Counted from the first letter of the whole stretch, positions 1-14,300 are shown. The stretch is 62,689 nucleotides of DNA, filler included, from Diploschistes diacapsis (GCA_023645945.1; 14 parts of 14 records of this genome joined end to end with filler, not necessarily neighbours in it); one strand, 5' to 3'. Notes: generated by a model from the sequence alone, not told the origin. Made by a program: numbers and translations.

Positions 1-1080
1 ACATTGATCGGGGATGTATGTGCCTGGGGAGGGTGGCCGGGGGATTCCCTTCTTGGAGATGCGTGTACAGAAGCGGGACCCGATTGGCGATTGATGAAGG
101 GATGGAAATTTGACTAAAGAAAGCCGATCGCCGACTTTTGATTATTGAGATGTTGCCAGAGCGCTGTACATATCTCAACTGTTATGTTCGCTTGTGGGAT
201 GTTTTACAAAAAGCGGAGATATTCCCAATACACGTGACGATGTTGCAGGATTAAGCAGTTGGTTATATTTCGATGGTCTCTTCAGTGAAACATGCACTTC
301 ATGACACCCAACCCAACTTAAAAGTAATCTGTTGTATTGTTTAGACTCACTTCCTCACGCCTCGCGAAGAAAGTGATATTACCATGCCTCTTGAGAGACA
401 CTTCCCCTACCAAAACCCCTTACATACGGGACGAACATGGGCAAGCAGCAGCTAGTGCACATGCAGCAGTTCCGCATCATGCAGTCAACTAACTCATGGT
501 CCAACAGCTTCGACAACGAGACTCTCTCATTACCCTTCTCACAAAGATATACCACTCTCGGACCCTGTGCCATCCCAGTTTAGGATCGCGTCAAGATATA
601 GTAGACCCTTTCTTTCTCAACCTCATCTTTCTAGCGGATTAGGAAGGGGATGTTCAACCCATAGCGTAAATGTTATTTTGAAATGACTGCCAAATGATTA
701 ACCTCGACTATGTCGGAAACGCCCTGTGCCAATATTTATGTGGTTGTGAGACCCGTACCACTTGGTTAAGAAAAAACCCGTTGCTGTATGTACGAATGCT
801 GAAGGTAGTTGTGTATGTTTTCAAACCCTTCCTTGCCCCTGCCGTCTACCTCATCATTAGAATTAACAATGTAGGGGAAAAAAAAGGTCTCCATGGAAGA
901 ATATTCCCAGCACCGCTCTCGATTCCATTGCTGATGCAGAGCAGCCGAACGCTTGACGCTTGCGTAACAAAAATAAATGGTATGCGCAATATGCCGAGTC
1001 AAAGGCCAAGTGTGAAGACAAGAGCATCGGACTGTCGAAGATAGCCCAGTCCCGTTGCTGCTGAAGATTCGTCACGGCCG

Positions 1081-3627
1081 TTACCTGACGCCAATTGGCG
1101 GTCGGGCCCCGAAGCTGCTTTGGCTGCTATGCGCAGAATTTTCCGAATCTATGTGAGCGCTCTCACCACTCCCCGCGCTGGCGCTCGCACTACCAGTCAG
1201 ACTGCGCACTACTTGTGGTGGGCCCTTGTACGGGTGTGGCTTGCTCACCCCTGCGTATTGCTCAACCTGCTGCGGCGCAACCGCGTTGCCTTGCCCAGGG
1301 GGGTATCTCGGAACCGGTTGCCTCATCATGCCGGGTGGGGAAGGACGATTGCCAATCATTGTGCCATTAGGCCCGAATTCACCAGGCGGAGATGGACGGC
1401 CGGAGGTTCGACGGTTCGGGAGAAAGGGGTCCCCCGGTGAAAGGCTTGTCCGTCGTGGAGTAGGCGTCGGGTATGAGCCATTCATACCAGTCATGCCAGC
1501 GCCCGCTAATTGGTCGAGTCGTTCTCTTGTCAAGGAACCAGATCTTGTATCCTCAGCTATCTGCTTGCGATCAACGTTGCCGTAACGATTGGACGAGTAC
1601 CCCATCAAAGGGTTCGTGAGGATGTTTTCGCCGATTGAAGGGACGTCAGCCATCAGCTGCTGTGATGAACGGTTTCGCGCCATATTTGGTCTTGGGCCAC
1701 CGAACCCTCGAGCAGCTCCGCCGCCCCGGCCGCCCATCGGCATCATCTCCGGGTTCTTCCTCAATTGACCAGCACTTGGTGCCTTCCTATTGCGCCTCGA
1801 CGTGACGCTCATCATGTCAAAATTGTCAGGGTCGATATGCGGCACGGGACCCCGCGGAACCATGGGGTCGAAGAAATCATCGTCATCGTCGTCATCGTCA
1901 AACCCGCCCTGCGGTGGTTGCCGACCAGGGCCCCGTCCCATACCCATTTCGCGTTCCCTAAGTTGCATTTCGCGGTGACGAAGGGCAAGCTCGCGCTCCC
2001 GCAAGTCAAGATCAGCAACCGACGTGTTCATTCCATAATTCCCAGCAACACCACCTTCCGGAATGTCATCGATAAGAGCGAGGTGGCTAAACTCCTCACC
2101 GAGAGCCTCGTTGTTCTCGAACGAAGGTCGTCGAGAAACTTGGTTTGAAGGTGGACCTCTTGAGTACCCGCCCATGCCCCTGGGAGGGAAGCCATTCGCA
2201 GGCGGCGGGCCTCTTCGAGGAGGGGGAGGGCCAGCCATTGACGGGCCCCTACTACGGCCTCCACCATTTGGCACGCCGTTTATGCCATTCATACCCGGAC
2301 CAGGACGAGGATAGCTGGCGGAGCTCATGCGTGGAGGGGGACGAGCCGAACCAGCAGGTCCGACAGCTGGAGAGTTTGATCGGGTAGGTCGGTTTTGGTT
2401 CATGATGTTGAGATTGTGTAGAATTGCGTAAAGGGTTTCTATGCGAGGAACTTGAACGGCAACACCATGAGCGAGTTTGATAGGCGAGCCCAGATAAGTC
2501 TCGATTTCCATGGGGCGCTTCGCCAAAAAGTCTTGGTACATGATAGTATTCGTTTCGGTAGCTTTGAGCATGGACTCTATCGTGTCGTCCTTGAAACTCG
2601 AGGGAAATGTGCAATTTTGTGCAGCAGCTATGCGGAGAAGCTCTTCGACGATCTCCGAGATCATAGGACGCACGCCCACCTTTTCAATGAGCTCGGCGTG
2701 GGAAGGAGTTTCGAACAATACGCTTAGAGGGTGGAAAGCAATAGGCCTGTCGAGTTAGATGTGTACCATCTCGTGGACTTTGGACAAGACTCACCCAATC
2801 ATACGCTCATACTGCTGTTGGCGAATGTTCGTGGATACTTTGCAGTAAACCTGACCAGTGGTCAAGGTCATCGCCAAAGCTTCAGCCATGTCGTTCTGGA
2901 TTGTGGCGGGAATGGAGGGATTCTTATTCGCAGCCCCAACCCAAACTTCGGTGGAGCCCGAATGTTCGAATTCGCTGGCACCTAATTGTGTTATCTCTGC
3001 TCCAGAGACTAATGAAAGCACGACGTTTGTTGGGAATCTTTCTTCCAAGTGTGACTCTATGCCAAGCGAACCGGTGGTATTAACGATAATGCAAGTGTGT
3101 TGCGGTGTGACAACGGATTCGATGATGGCAGCGAGATCGTAGACATCGGGCAGAGCCTTAACACAGAGAAGGACGTAGTCAAAACCAGCTTTTCGGCTGG
3201 AGGCATCTTCAGGTACTCGAACCACTACGAAAACATTAGCCCGTCCGCCAAGGGTCGGTTGAGAGGCAGAAGTACCATGCAGAGGTTTGAACCGTTCGTT
3301 ACCGAAGAGCTTTGACCTTGCAGCTGTTAGCGGAGCTTAGGGAGACACATATTGGTGGTTATGCTAACTTGAATGATATGCCATATTGGGACACGGATTC
3401 GTAGCCAGACTTCCAGACCAGAGTCACATCGCAAGCATTGGTAGCTTGTAATCTCCACGAAAGAAAGGCAGAAACAGCGTTGCCGCCAACTGTAATTGAC
3501 AAGCAGTTAGTTTCGAAACATCAAAATAAAAACTATCCGATAAAAGCCAGTCTTCATAGCGAGAGGGCAAATCAAGCAATTGTAGCGCACCTGACAGGAT
3601 TCGGAGCCTAGGAGGAGAGGGTGCCAT
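1081..3627 (-). CDS. Ketopantoate reductase (ApbA/PanE)-like protein with long Pro/Gly/Arg low-complexity C-terminus (SVL3/PAM1-like), 5 exons
   Basis: Splicing four GT-AG introns (approx. 3590-3490, 3368-3317, 3275-3225, 2794-2747) gives MAPSPPRLRILSVGGNAVSAFLSWRLQA...FDYVLLCVKALPDVY...MYQDFLAKRPMEIETYLGSP, matching ApbA N- and C-domain motifs. Confidence 0.85.
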
Positions 3628-4395
3628 TGCGATGGCTTGCCCTGGAGACGACGGCAGGAATGTTAAAGGACGTAATGATCTTCAATAGCGACGGAATGAT
3701 GTCGAGAAGGCTTATGCTGCAGAAGCTAGATATCCAGATCCTCAGTTCGCTCTTCGAAATCTCAGATCCTCCTACGCGGCGGAAATTATTACCTCCCCAA
3801 AAGTACCTGCAGCAGGGCTGCGTAGAAGAGAAAGTCGATGAAACGAGCGTGAGGGCGAGCTGTATTAATTAGATGGTATGACTGATGAAAAAGAGTGGCA
3901 GATGGCTGAAATGGTGTGCGGGTGCAAAAAGGTTCCTTTCTTTCAGTCTCCAATCCTGCCTGTACAGAGCCGTTTGGATTTTCTTATGGATTAAGTTTAA
4001 ACGGTTCGGAGCACACGCCAATCTCGATCCGGCAGCTTCGGTAATGGGACGTGGCTGGTGCAACCGAGCATGAAGAAGGCCGACTTTATCGCAAAGTAAA
4101 AAGTGAGCGTACTGCGATGGATTGGGGGAAGGAGGAGAATTGGTAGAGAGAAATGTGTGAGGTGTTAGAGATAAAAAGGTTTTTGCGGATGGGGAGAAAA
4201 TAGGGGTGGAATTGTTTGAGTTTTAGGTAAGTGCGCGCGTAATAAGGGCAGTAGGCACGTAGGCAGGCAAAGAACAGCGGATTGGAATTTGGGGTGAACA
4301 GCGGCACACTAGCAAATTTAGAAGGGGATTTGCTAGTGCTCGTTGGGACTGTTGGCTCTTATGATACCTTACAAAGTACAAAATAACTAAAAGTA

Positions 4396-4422
4396 TAGAT
4401 AGATAGATAGATAGATAGATAG
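4396..4422. repeat. (TAGA)n microsatellite, about 6.7 units
   Basis: tagatagatagatagatagatagatag seen directly. Confidence 0.95.
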
Positions 4423-6975
4423 TATTGGCTATGTTATACCCATCTTTCGACTTGAACAATTGCGTACTTGTTGTCCTGCGACTTCAACTCGTAAGAGCCA
4501 AAACCGTAACTGTGATAGAACCTCCAATTCGTTCTCGTACCCAACTTAAGTCCGTATCTCCGCTAGCTGCCCCGGCTGCTCCAGAGCTCCTAACCGGGGC
4601 CATCCCCTTGGGCCTCTACAGGAGGATCGACAACGGTAACCACCACCACGTCCGGGCAGCGGACGACTCCCTACTTCATTAGGATACGAGTTCTACTTTA
4701 CTGTGGTGAGGATTAGCATTTTCAAAGGGCTCTATTCCTCTACGCAAAAGGAAAGACCTTGAATCTGCCACGAAGTTTCGCTCAGAACGAACTCCACATT
4801 TACCCCTATCTGTACCGCATAAGCCCCGTTGAACTGCGGTGAGTTAGATACGTGTATTTGTTAGGTGTGGCTTATCAGCTCCTGTGCACGGAGCATCTTA
4901 CTCTACCCAGTGCTTGATACTTTTTTTTTCAGATGCTGTGGTTGCGATTATTTCCCATGCAATAGTAGAAGCATTTATCCCCCATACAAAGGCCTTTTTG
5001 AAGGTGCACTGGTCTTCTTGCTACTTTGCGCGACTGCATCGTCATCATTTAAACTTGGTCAAAGAAATTGTTGTGTCATTTTGCACGTCAATAATCTCCT
5101 CTGCCGCGTGCCGTAGAACAAAGCAACCCCGGCCCCCCCCCAATTAGCCCAACGAAATTGAGCCATAAGCAGCAGAAACAACCGAGAATTGCTTTTGCCC
5201 GGGGAGACCAAACGTCTATGTACTTTGTAAGCTGCAATTTGCTGAATGGGGGGGGGCTTGGGCGTTTTCAAGCACAAGCACCCCACGATAACGTCATACT
5301 GAGAACTGAGGGACAAGAGCTCGTACAACCGCTTCTAAAGCCACGAACAGCAATTGTGAACCAGCATTGCTTAGAGGCGCGGTCAAGCTTTGGATGATGG
5401 GATAGGAGAGCCAGAGTAGAGCGCACAAGATGTCGAGACAGAAGTAGAAGGATGAACATGATGTGTGCCCGTAAAGAGAGCACCCCTGTTCTGCGCAGTC
5501 AAAAAGGCCTGATGAAGGATACGAGGTGGGGGCCGGAGCATATGTCCCGGTTGACTGGTCTTAGTCAATCCAATTCACCTACCCACCTATTCACAATCAA
5601 TGTCATTTTACTATCTTGAATTTATCGTCACGACTACGGCGCTTGCTCTTGACTGTGGAAGCTCAGAAAGAACAATCAAACGGCTGTCACTATTCTGTCT
5701 CATGTACTATGTACGTACAGCAACAAATGTTCTGGAAATTATATCATGCTTCTCTCATGTTTTCGCACACATTGCCCTGCCTATGAGCAAACAAGACTTC
5801 CTCCAGGTGCAGCCCTCTAAGCGAAATGAGCTATCCGAGTGCTCCCTGTCTTCCCTGGCCTTCCCTGCGCTTTCCTTATCTTCCTACTATAAAGTAACAG
5901 GCGCTGATGAGAAATTGAAGCTCCTTTGCGTGTGGCTGTTCGGCCAAACCTTTTCGGGTTAGGTTAACCACTGGAACTTCCCCATGGGGCCATGGGCAGG
6001 CTTGCTGCAAAGTTGACAGTATGTCATGTCGTGCACTAATCCGGAAGGTTCCTCCTCTGAATGCAAAAACTTATACTCTCAAATACAACCAAACCTCTTC
6101 AGAATGTAAAGCTTGCAGCTATCAACTAGTGGCTAAGCCGCACCCTAAGACCATACAGGATCCATAGCAACTTGGACAGGTACAGAGTACAAAGTACTGA
6201 CCGACCCTCGAATTTCGCAGATATGGGACCCGAAGTCTATGAATAGAAGCTGACGGCTCTAGTGCGTGGTGCTGCACCAGAGTTAGGCTAGTGGCGGCCG
6301 GGAACTGTCGATTCGACGTGGCGCAACAGCAGCCAAGCTAACGGCTATCTAACGGACGCCGTCCATGCCAAGGAAGACAAGAACAGGAATTAAAGTACAA
6401 AGCGCTTGGTAAGGCTGCCGGATGATTAAAAGATAAAAGTAGGGAGGCTGTTTACTAAAATAGCTTAATGCAGAAGATATTGTCGAATCTGCTGAAATTT
6501 ACCAAAACAGCAGTAGCTCACCAAAAACTGCGGCTGTAATTTTACAATTAAATCTGCAGTACGATCAAATTTACAATACAATGAGCCCAATATATTCGCG
6601 TTTTGGAAAAATGTACGGGCTCCTAATTAAAGTGCGAAACTGCGATAAACAAAGCACATAGTCGTATTGTAGAAGTGCAATCTTATGCATGCACTGTATG
6701 TAAATAACACCAGCCGGTGCCTGTCCATAGGTTGGCCGCCCAAAAAAATTCTTGTTTTGCTCGCCAAAAAGCTTGGACGAAAAACGTGGCACTACCCTTT
6801 TGGGACGATACTGCTTTCAGGTACCGTCTACTTTGAGTATGGTCGAGCTGTCGGAAGAGGAGCTCCCTCGAGTTATTTCAGACATTCGTTTGGTCGAAGG
6901 CTCGAAGCGTGCATCTCTTTGCATTTCCCAGTGCCTTGGTCCAGCCCGCGAACCGCTGTCATGGGCATTCTGTCA

Positions 6976-7002
6976 GTTGCAGGTTGCAGGTTGCAGGTTG
7001 CA
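6976..7002. repeat. 7-bp tandem repeat (GTTGCAG) x about 4
   Basis: gttgcag gttgcag gttgcag gttgca seen directly. Confidence 0.9.
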
Positions 7003-9084
7003 ACAGAGCCTCGGTCGTCTTGATCCTTTTAAGAGGACGGACATTAGGCAATCTATGGAATAACTAACTGGGAAGATGAAGCAACACTTGCTCTCGGCCA
7101 TCTCGAGTGCATGAACTTTAGAAGTTCGACCATGGTCCTCTGCGCTCAGCGTACCTCACATCCCCTCTATCGCGGTCCCCTAATTCTTATGTTTAATTGC
7201 AACAAGCATGGGCCAGCGCCTCCTCCAGGCTATCCCTAATACAACCTGTTCCATCAAAGATGTCTCTGTTTCATTCCGATCTCGCTGGATTTGAATGGCT
7301 TCGTTGAAACAATCCCTGCCAGCCTCCCGGTCCTATTATACACCTTTTCCCCATTCAGAGAAGGATGCACCAAGGGACGGGCGACACAGGCCATCAGTCC
7401 ACAATTAGCTAGATACCCACCACCGAAACTGCCTACCATCCTCTCCTCCAGAGCGAAGCACCCCTTCCGCTTTCTCCCACAGCACTGTATGCACATCCAT
7501 TGACTCCTCAAGAAAAGCCGCGAAGTGACCCCCCTTTCCTCTTGCCCTCCAATCTTACCCCACAGGTGCCTCATGCCCTAAGAAAGCTACGGCATATAAA
7601 GTATGTGGAGAAACAACGCAACAGTGGAAATGGCAGAAGAGGTGATAATGGCTTTCAGTAGGGAGGATCGTTTTCCACGAGGCATTGTGATTCACAAGCG
7701 CTGTGAATGGAATGGAATGGCAGGGGATAGATATCGAAGCTGGCGCCTATGCCGACATGTATTTGTGGAGATAAGGTATTGTGGTGAGCATAGTGGAGTA
7801 GAGTAAAGAGAGAGATGGACTGGAGAAGCAAGCCAGAGCACAACTGGAAGCCCGTTGTTATGGAGTAGAAGATACTCATGCAGATAGATAGGCCTTGAGG
7901 AAACATCTGGACCGAGTCGGGTGACCAGGTAACTGAGCAGTTGTTGCCCCATTGAATCTCAACATCCGTACAGGAAAGTATCTCTCTCCCGGCCCTCTCC
8001 TCTCCTTCCCTTCCCTTCGAGACTCAGAAACACCTGGCCTTCCGCATATTCCGCCTCTTCGCTCCTTCCTCCAAGCGTCGCTTGTTCTCCCCATTAAAGC
8101 CCTCAAATCCAAATATTCCCATGCATATCGCCTACTCAAAACCCACAACTCATATTCAACGCCCAAAATCCCAGAGAGAAACGCCATGCGATATGAATAC
8201 ACATAGACTTAGCCCACCCAAGAACTCAAGTATACACAGTGTGGCCCAAACCGCGATCCGATCGGAATTCAAGAGCGGATCCAAATTCAACCTCTCCAAG
8301 AAAAAAGAAAAGGAGTAAATAAAACTCCGGAAATAACCTATAGCCAGCTTCTCAGCAACCGCTCCGCTCTTGACCCTAGTGCAATCCAAATCCGTGTAGA
8401 AGCTGCGCAGGTCCAAAAAACACAGAGCGAATTTGATCTCCTGTTTACCCGCGGGAAGTACCAAACACAGAAAGCAGAATGCCTAGACGCCGGCCGGAAG
8501 GGAGTAGGGTGTCTAGATCCCGAAAATAAAAATCAGATAGAAGTGGACATGGTGGATGAAATTGGGTCCTATTTTGGTTCCTTCTCGAAATGTTCTGCGG
8601 TGAGAGATGACGGGTAATCGCAATGGGTGGCTGACGATATTGATAGGGTCGGGATGGGCCCCTGGAGGTGTTGAAGAGGTGATTGATGCTGTTGCCAATG
8701 TTGCGAAAGTGCGCTAAGAACGGTCCGTGTATGAGATGATAACGAAGTGAAGGGGAAGATCCCGCGAGGGATGTGGAAAAGTCTATATAGTTGTGTGAAC
8801 TGCTGAAGGTCAGTATTAAGTTGTTAGTAGAATGTGCGTCATTGATGAGGGGGATGTTAACCGAATGGATGACTATAGTGAATTGGAACGTTTCGATTGT
8901 AGTGCTGCAGACTTGGATCCCGTATGATTGCCGGGTGGTGCGTCGCTTTGGCTTGACACGGGTATGTTGATAGTGTCGGACGTCTTCGCATTGCCAAGGA
9001 CCTGTTAGCCTCGCCTCGTGTGCGCAGTTCATCAGTTTGTAGGGGCGGTCTCTCTTTGGCCAATCCATGGTTGCATGGTAATGA

Positions 9085-9686
9085 TTATCGTCTTAACCCC
9101 CTACTCACCCCCTCAACGCGCGCGCGATACGCCTTGACGATATCTCTTATATGCTTCACTTTGTCGAACTCGGTCTCGAGATCATCAATCTGTCTCAGGA
9201 TATCCTTGAACCTCGCAATCTCTGCATCCGCAGCCGCTATTGAAGATGCCACGCTCCTCGATTGAGCGGTCGTAGCACGGGAAGTTTGGGCTGTCAACTA
9301 AATTGCAACGAGTTCAGCAACAGTATTCCCCTTACGATCTTACCATACCAGGACGCATAACTCACGTAATCAACCCGTTCCTGTATCCTCCCCATTAATC
9401 GCTCAAAGTATGAGCCCAGGACACTCAAGCTTCCCGCATCGAGCATCAGCCTCCCTTGTCCACCGCCCGCAGAACTCGCGGCGCTGCCGGCTCTCGAGGA
9501 GCTGGCGACTGAACTCCGGCTCGTGCCGCGCCCGCGCGTAGATGCCGAGCCCGCGACCGAGGGGCGCGAGGACGCAGCGCCAGGACCGCCCAGAGCGATG
9601 GGTTGGTGGGTGCGAAAGGTGTGCAGTTCGGAGGAGGAGAGCCCGAGGGCTGTGTCGGGGACTGAGGGTGGGAGGACGGAGGGCAT
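9085..9686 (-). CDS. CNL1: BLOC-1 subunit CNL1-like protein, 2 exons
   Basis: ATG 9686, intron 9365-9298. Protein MPSVLPPSVPDTALGLSSSEL...QGRLMLDAGSL...ADAEIARFKDILRQIDDLETEFDKVKHIRDIVKAYRARVE resembles Pezizomycotina Cnl1 as recalled. Confidence 0.75.
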
Positions 9687-10707
9687 TGTGAGGTGGTATA
9701 TAAGCAAGCTCAGAGCGAGATGCAACTTCCGAGGTGTGAAATAAGTGGCTACGCCTGGGAGGTCGGCAGGCGTTGGTAGTAGTGTTGACGAGGTCGTTCT
9801 AATAGGACGAGGAGGGCTTCAGGTCGGGTGGGAAAACGAGTTGGTGTATGCGAGATGCGTCGAGGTTCGCTTACTAGGTACCTGCCACACTTGCAGTAGC
9901 GGTAGAGCGGTGAGGCAGGTCAAAGGCTACCAGCGCATTGAATTCGATCTTGATATTGGCGCTTGTAGTGCAAAATGATGCCTTCCTGTGCTGGATTCAT
10001 GCATCCTGCTACAAGACAGCTTATAGTGCTGTCCCGTAAGGCCTTGACGTAACTCTTGCTTTCTTCGTGTCTCCTCTTCTTGTCCTGCTTTGCTTGTGGG
10101 CCTAAGAAGGCTACTACCAGAGTATAGGAGCGATTGGGCGCCTAGACTGTGACGACTAATTTGGCTTGACGAGAGTAGAAGAAAGGTTGGGAGGGGAAGC
10201 CGGTAGAGAAGTTGCTAAGCAGAATGATGCTGCAGCTGCTCCTGCAGGCAGAGAAAGACAGGAAGAGAGGCTTCTGCTCTGAAAGTCTGGGAGATTTGAA
10301 AGGGAAGGGGAAAAAAACTTTGACACGGGGGTATCCGAACAAACAGGATGTGAGCAAAGTGACTTCCGGACCACGCTTTTTGCTCCTGTCGTTATCGCTC
10401 TCAGTCAGCATTTCAGCCCAACAAAATTATCATACACACTTCCAATCGACAAGGTGAGAGGATGGAATCCGAAGACAAGTAATGGGGGCATTCAGGCGAA
10501 AGCCCTGTGCTACCCTAAGCGATCTGTTTTATCACATCAGCAAGGCTTGCGGTCACGAGCCGACCGAGCTTTGGGCCGAGAGTGAGCTTAGCGCCGACGC
10601 TCTAGGGATACCCGTCTCTCCAGCTCTTTCCTCTTCTTAATATGGATCCGACGACTCTGTTTTCGATGTGGTTGCAACCCGGGGGTGCATCACTCAAGCG
10701 TCAATTG

Positions 10708-10746
10708 GCTTCGCACGCTTCGCACGCTTCACACGCCTCACTCGCC
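10708..10746. repeat. Degenerate 9-bp tandem repeat (GCTTCGCAC) x about 4
   Basis: gcttcgcac gcttcgcac gcttcacac gcctcactc seen directly. Confidence 0.7.
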
Positions 10747-11332
10747 AGAGCTAGTAGGGCCGCTGCGCGTTGACGATATGCCGGGTTGGGCAGCTGTACT
10801 CATAGCTCTCAATTGTCGTTCGCTACCTCAAAGAATGAGGCTAAAAGCCTGAGATAGTTCAGGCTTTGGGTGAGGCAATTACTTTCAACTTGGGTCTATC
10901 TCGTGTGGATGTCTAGACGTCAAGTTCATGTACTGCGAATAACTCATCTTCGAATACTTTTACTGTTGCTTCGATCTTTGGAGAACCGAGGTCAAAAATT
11001 GAGGAAGGGTTACTTTGGCTGCTCTCAAGTTACAAATTGCGACTCGTGATGCCCTCTGCCGGCGGACCCTAGGTTCACAGCCTTACCACCTACTCCATCT
11101 GGAAACAGCCTTTAGTTCGTAGCTATAGGCGCATGTGGATGCTACAAGCGACAGTAGAGAGGAAGACGGTAACCTTACATTAGGGATCAAAGGTCCAATA
11201 GTCCCAGACGTTCTCCAATATACTCCTAGGGGTATCACTTCCTGAAACAGCAAGCAGACAGCCGACAACATGCCCCATGTGCCCTGCCTCCTTCAGCCTG
11301 AGAAAGCGCCTCCCAATGCCCGTATTTTACAA

Positions 11333-14300
11333 TTATACGCCTAACCAAAAGTTCTTATCCCGGTGTTCGTCCATCGTGCCCATCGAGGCTCCTCTTCGCT
11401 CACGCCCTCTCCAGACATGACTCTTGCTGGGTCGAATACTGTATTTACGGGCTGCTCCTAGGTTCTTTGCTAGGCTCTCATATGCCAGGTCTTCCTCAAT
11501 GCCTCTCCGCTTCATCTCGGAACCGACACGTGTTGACGGCGCTTTTGTCTTGTCCTCGATAAATGACTGCGTGCCTAGCGACTGCTGGTCAATCTTCTCG
11601 TACCATTGCACGTTCGCCTGTTCAAAATATGTGCAAGAGCAACCGCAGCCGGTGACACATCCTTCACTCAAGAGCGCGGCCTCTTGATATAACAAAGTAC
11701 GGCAAGCGACGTGCATAACATGCCCGCACTTCAAGCAAGGGGATGCCTTTCCCCAAATTGCCTCATCACAGAGGGTACATCGAACAGGCTCCGATCCTAA
11801 ATGGCATTTTGGGCATCTTGTGCGCTGATGGCCTTGGTTTGGATGCTTCGCTATGCCGCAATTCTGGCAGTGTATGCTCAGCTCGACTACCCCCCTGTTT
11901 GTTGAAGGGACATCTTGAGCAGATGACTTTTTACCAATAGAGAGGCTATCAGCCTCCTGTGTTTCGGAAAAGTGGCCATTATCCATGCCCGGTGTCTTAG
12001 CCCAGTCGTGATGTTTCAAAACCTCTGCGCGCTTAATTGGCAACTGCCACAAAGCTAGCATATCGGCGTAGCCTTCCCTGAATCCCGTACAGTATGGTTC
12101 TACATCTGCAATCAATGATGGTGAGTCTGAAAAACCGTCGAGCTGGAACTGATCTTGGTTCTTTAGTCGGATCGAAACCCTCTTTGGTTGGCTTGAATTC
12201 CAGGATACTTTCTTACTACAGTTGTTTTGTCTGTCAACGCCGACCTCGACAGCTTTCCTGGACAATCTTGCCTCGTACTTGTTGGACTGTCTACGCTGTC
12301 TATTCATGGCTACTTCCGCTGAGACATCTTGGCCTTGTGTAGCTGGAAAGTTTTCAAGCGGGCTAATACGCTTCTTGAGAAATGGCGCCGTTGGTGGTGA
12401 CGAAGAAGTAGAGGCGCTGAATGAAAACGGCCGTGAGAAAGAAGCTGCGAATGCACTTGCAAAGTTGGTAGATGATTTATGAATTGGTCGAATCAGCTCA
12501 GGGGAGCCGGAGAGCATATTAGCACCGTCGGGACCATCGGGCCTCCACCTATTAGTCCTAAGGTCAGTATAGCCTCTAAAACTCGTAAAGTTCAACGGGT
12601 CAGGCTCGGAAGTTGGACCTGCTGCAGGCGAGGATAAAGGCGAGTAAATTCGAATTGGCTTTGGCATCTTTATGTCCCCTTCCCTTGCCCTTTGCTTCAT
12701 TCCTTGACTACTGGCGTTTGTTGACGAGGGGAAATGGCTTGCTTTTGATATATGTGCGTAAAACGTTCCACCAATGACATCCTTTCCCTCCAAGTAGCCT
12801 ACATGATTTAGAATGCCTTTGTCACGATGTCCCCTTGTACCTAGCGCACATGACATTAAGGCCAGCATCTGTACATCGGCGATCCGTGAAAAATGAGCGA
12901 ACCTAAGGCAATTAGTATCATGTCAAGTTTGAGCAGAAATTCAAGGCTTACAGTTGTTGAATCAGTAACGAAGCACCAAAGGGGTGTTGGGCCCATCTAA
13001 CACGCCCACACGCATGCTGATTCTTCATATCCCTGTTACGCTTTGGCAAAAAGGAGCTTCTGTTCCTTTGTCTCCTGGTTTTTTGGACCACCGCATAGGT
13101 AGCCGAGCGTCCGGTGTTACTCTCAGAGTCGAAAACTTCCAAAGACACCTTATTGTAGAGAAGCATATCCAACAACGACCACACGTTGGCTAGATCCTCT
13201 TGATAAAAGGCCGACGCGACCTGCTCGTTTTTCTTACAAGAATCTGCACCAAAATGGGAGTATTCTCGGGCAAGCTGCTCTTTAGATGGAAGCAAGGTCG
13301 CGAAGTTGTGAATGTAAATAATAGATTTCGCGGAAGACAGTGAGTTCTTGGCCATGCTAGCACTTGCGGCCGAGTACAGTGTTTCATCCACTGGTTTTTC
13401 CGATGGAAGAAAGTGTAAGCCAAATCCTTCAGTTTCAAATACATGAGAGGGGAAGCCTAGCTCTTTAGAACTCAAATCCCTAAAGGACCTTGTAGAAGCT
13501 GATTCTGATCTCTCAGATTCGGATGTATCAGGCTCCGATGTAGACTCGCTGCTATCCAAGGTACCCATACTAGACACCAGCGATATACTTTTTGAGTTCT
13601 TGGTAATCTTGCCGAATCCATCAAGCAGTCTTCTTCGGCCTTTAGCTAATCCGTCTCGCTCACTAAATCGTAGTGTGCTAGCAAGACAACCTTGCTTCTC
13701 TTCTTTAGGGGGAAAGAAGCAGACCAGGCGCCCATCCTTAGCCCAAAATGCTCCACACATTCTCGGCAATGGCATATAGGCGTTGGGATTCGTTGTATTA
13801 AGCATACCCGAGCCACCAAGACCGAATTCATCGGTCTGACTTTCGTTGAAACCACCTACTTCGTCCTCTTCGTCGCTTGAGCTATCTCCTTCGTTCACTA
13901 AATCAGCAATGCTATTTTCCTGCTCTTCCTTTGTCCAAGAAATTGCTTCACCTACTGTTAGGTCACCTTGTAGATACCTCAGTATTGCTTCAAGCGAACT
14001 CCTGTGAAAACCTGCATAAGCTTCTCCGATGACTCTAGCATCATCTTGCAGCTTCTCCGATACTGTGCTGTCAAGAGAAGCGATCCTTTCGACAGCCAGC
14101 ACCGGCGCTTGCTCAGCAGGGTAAAACTCCGGGAAATCGATTCGGCATTTGAGGTACGAGGAGGCTTCTTTAGTGTCCCACAACCCGCGCATTGATAGTT
14201 TAACAAAACGATTCTTTACATCAATCTCTGGGAATTCGACTTTACTAAATTTTGTACCGACGTGGGCAATCTCTTCTCCTAGGGACTCAAATTCTTCCCA

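Noticed and set aside
6330..6345. GCAGCCAAG-like motif resembling group I intron element Q
   Set aside because: No accompanying P, R and S elements in order and no rRNA context.
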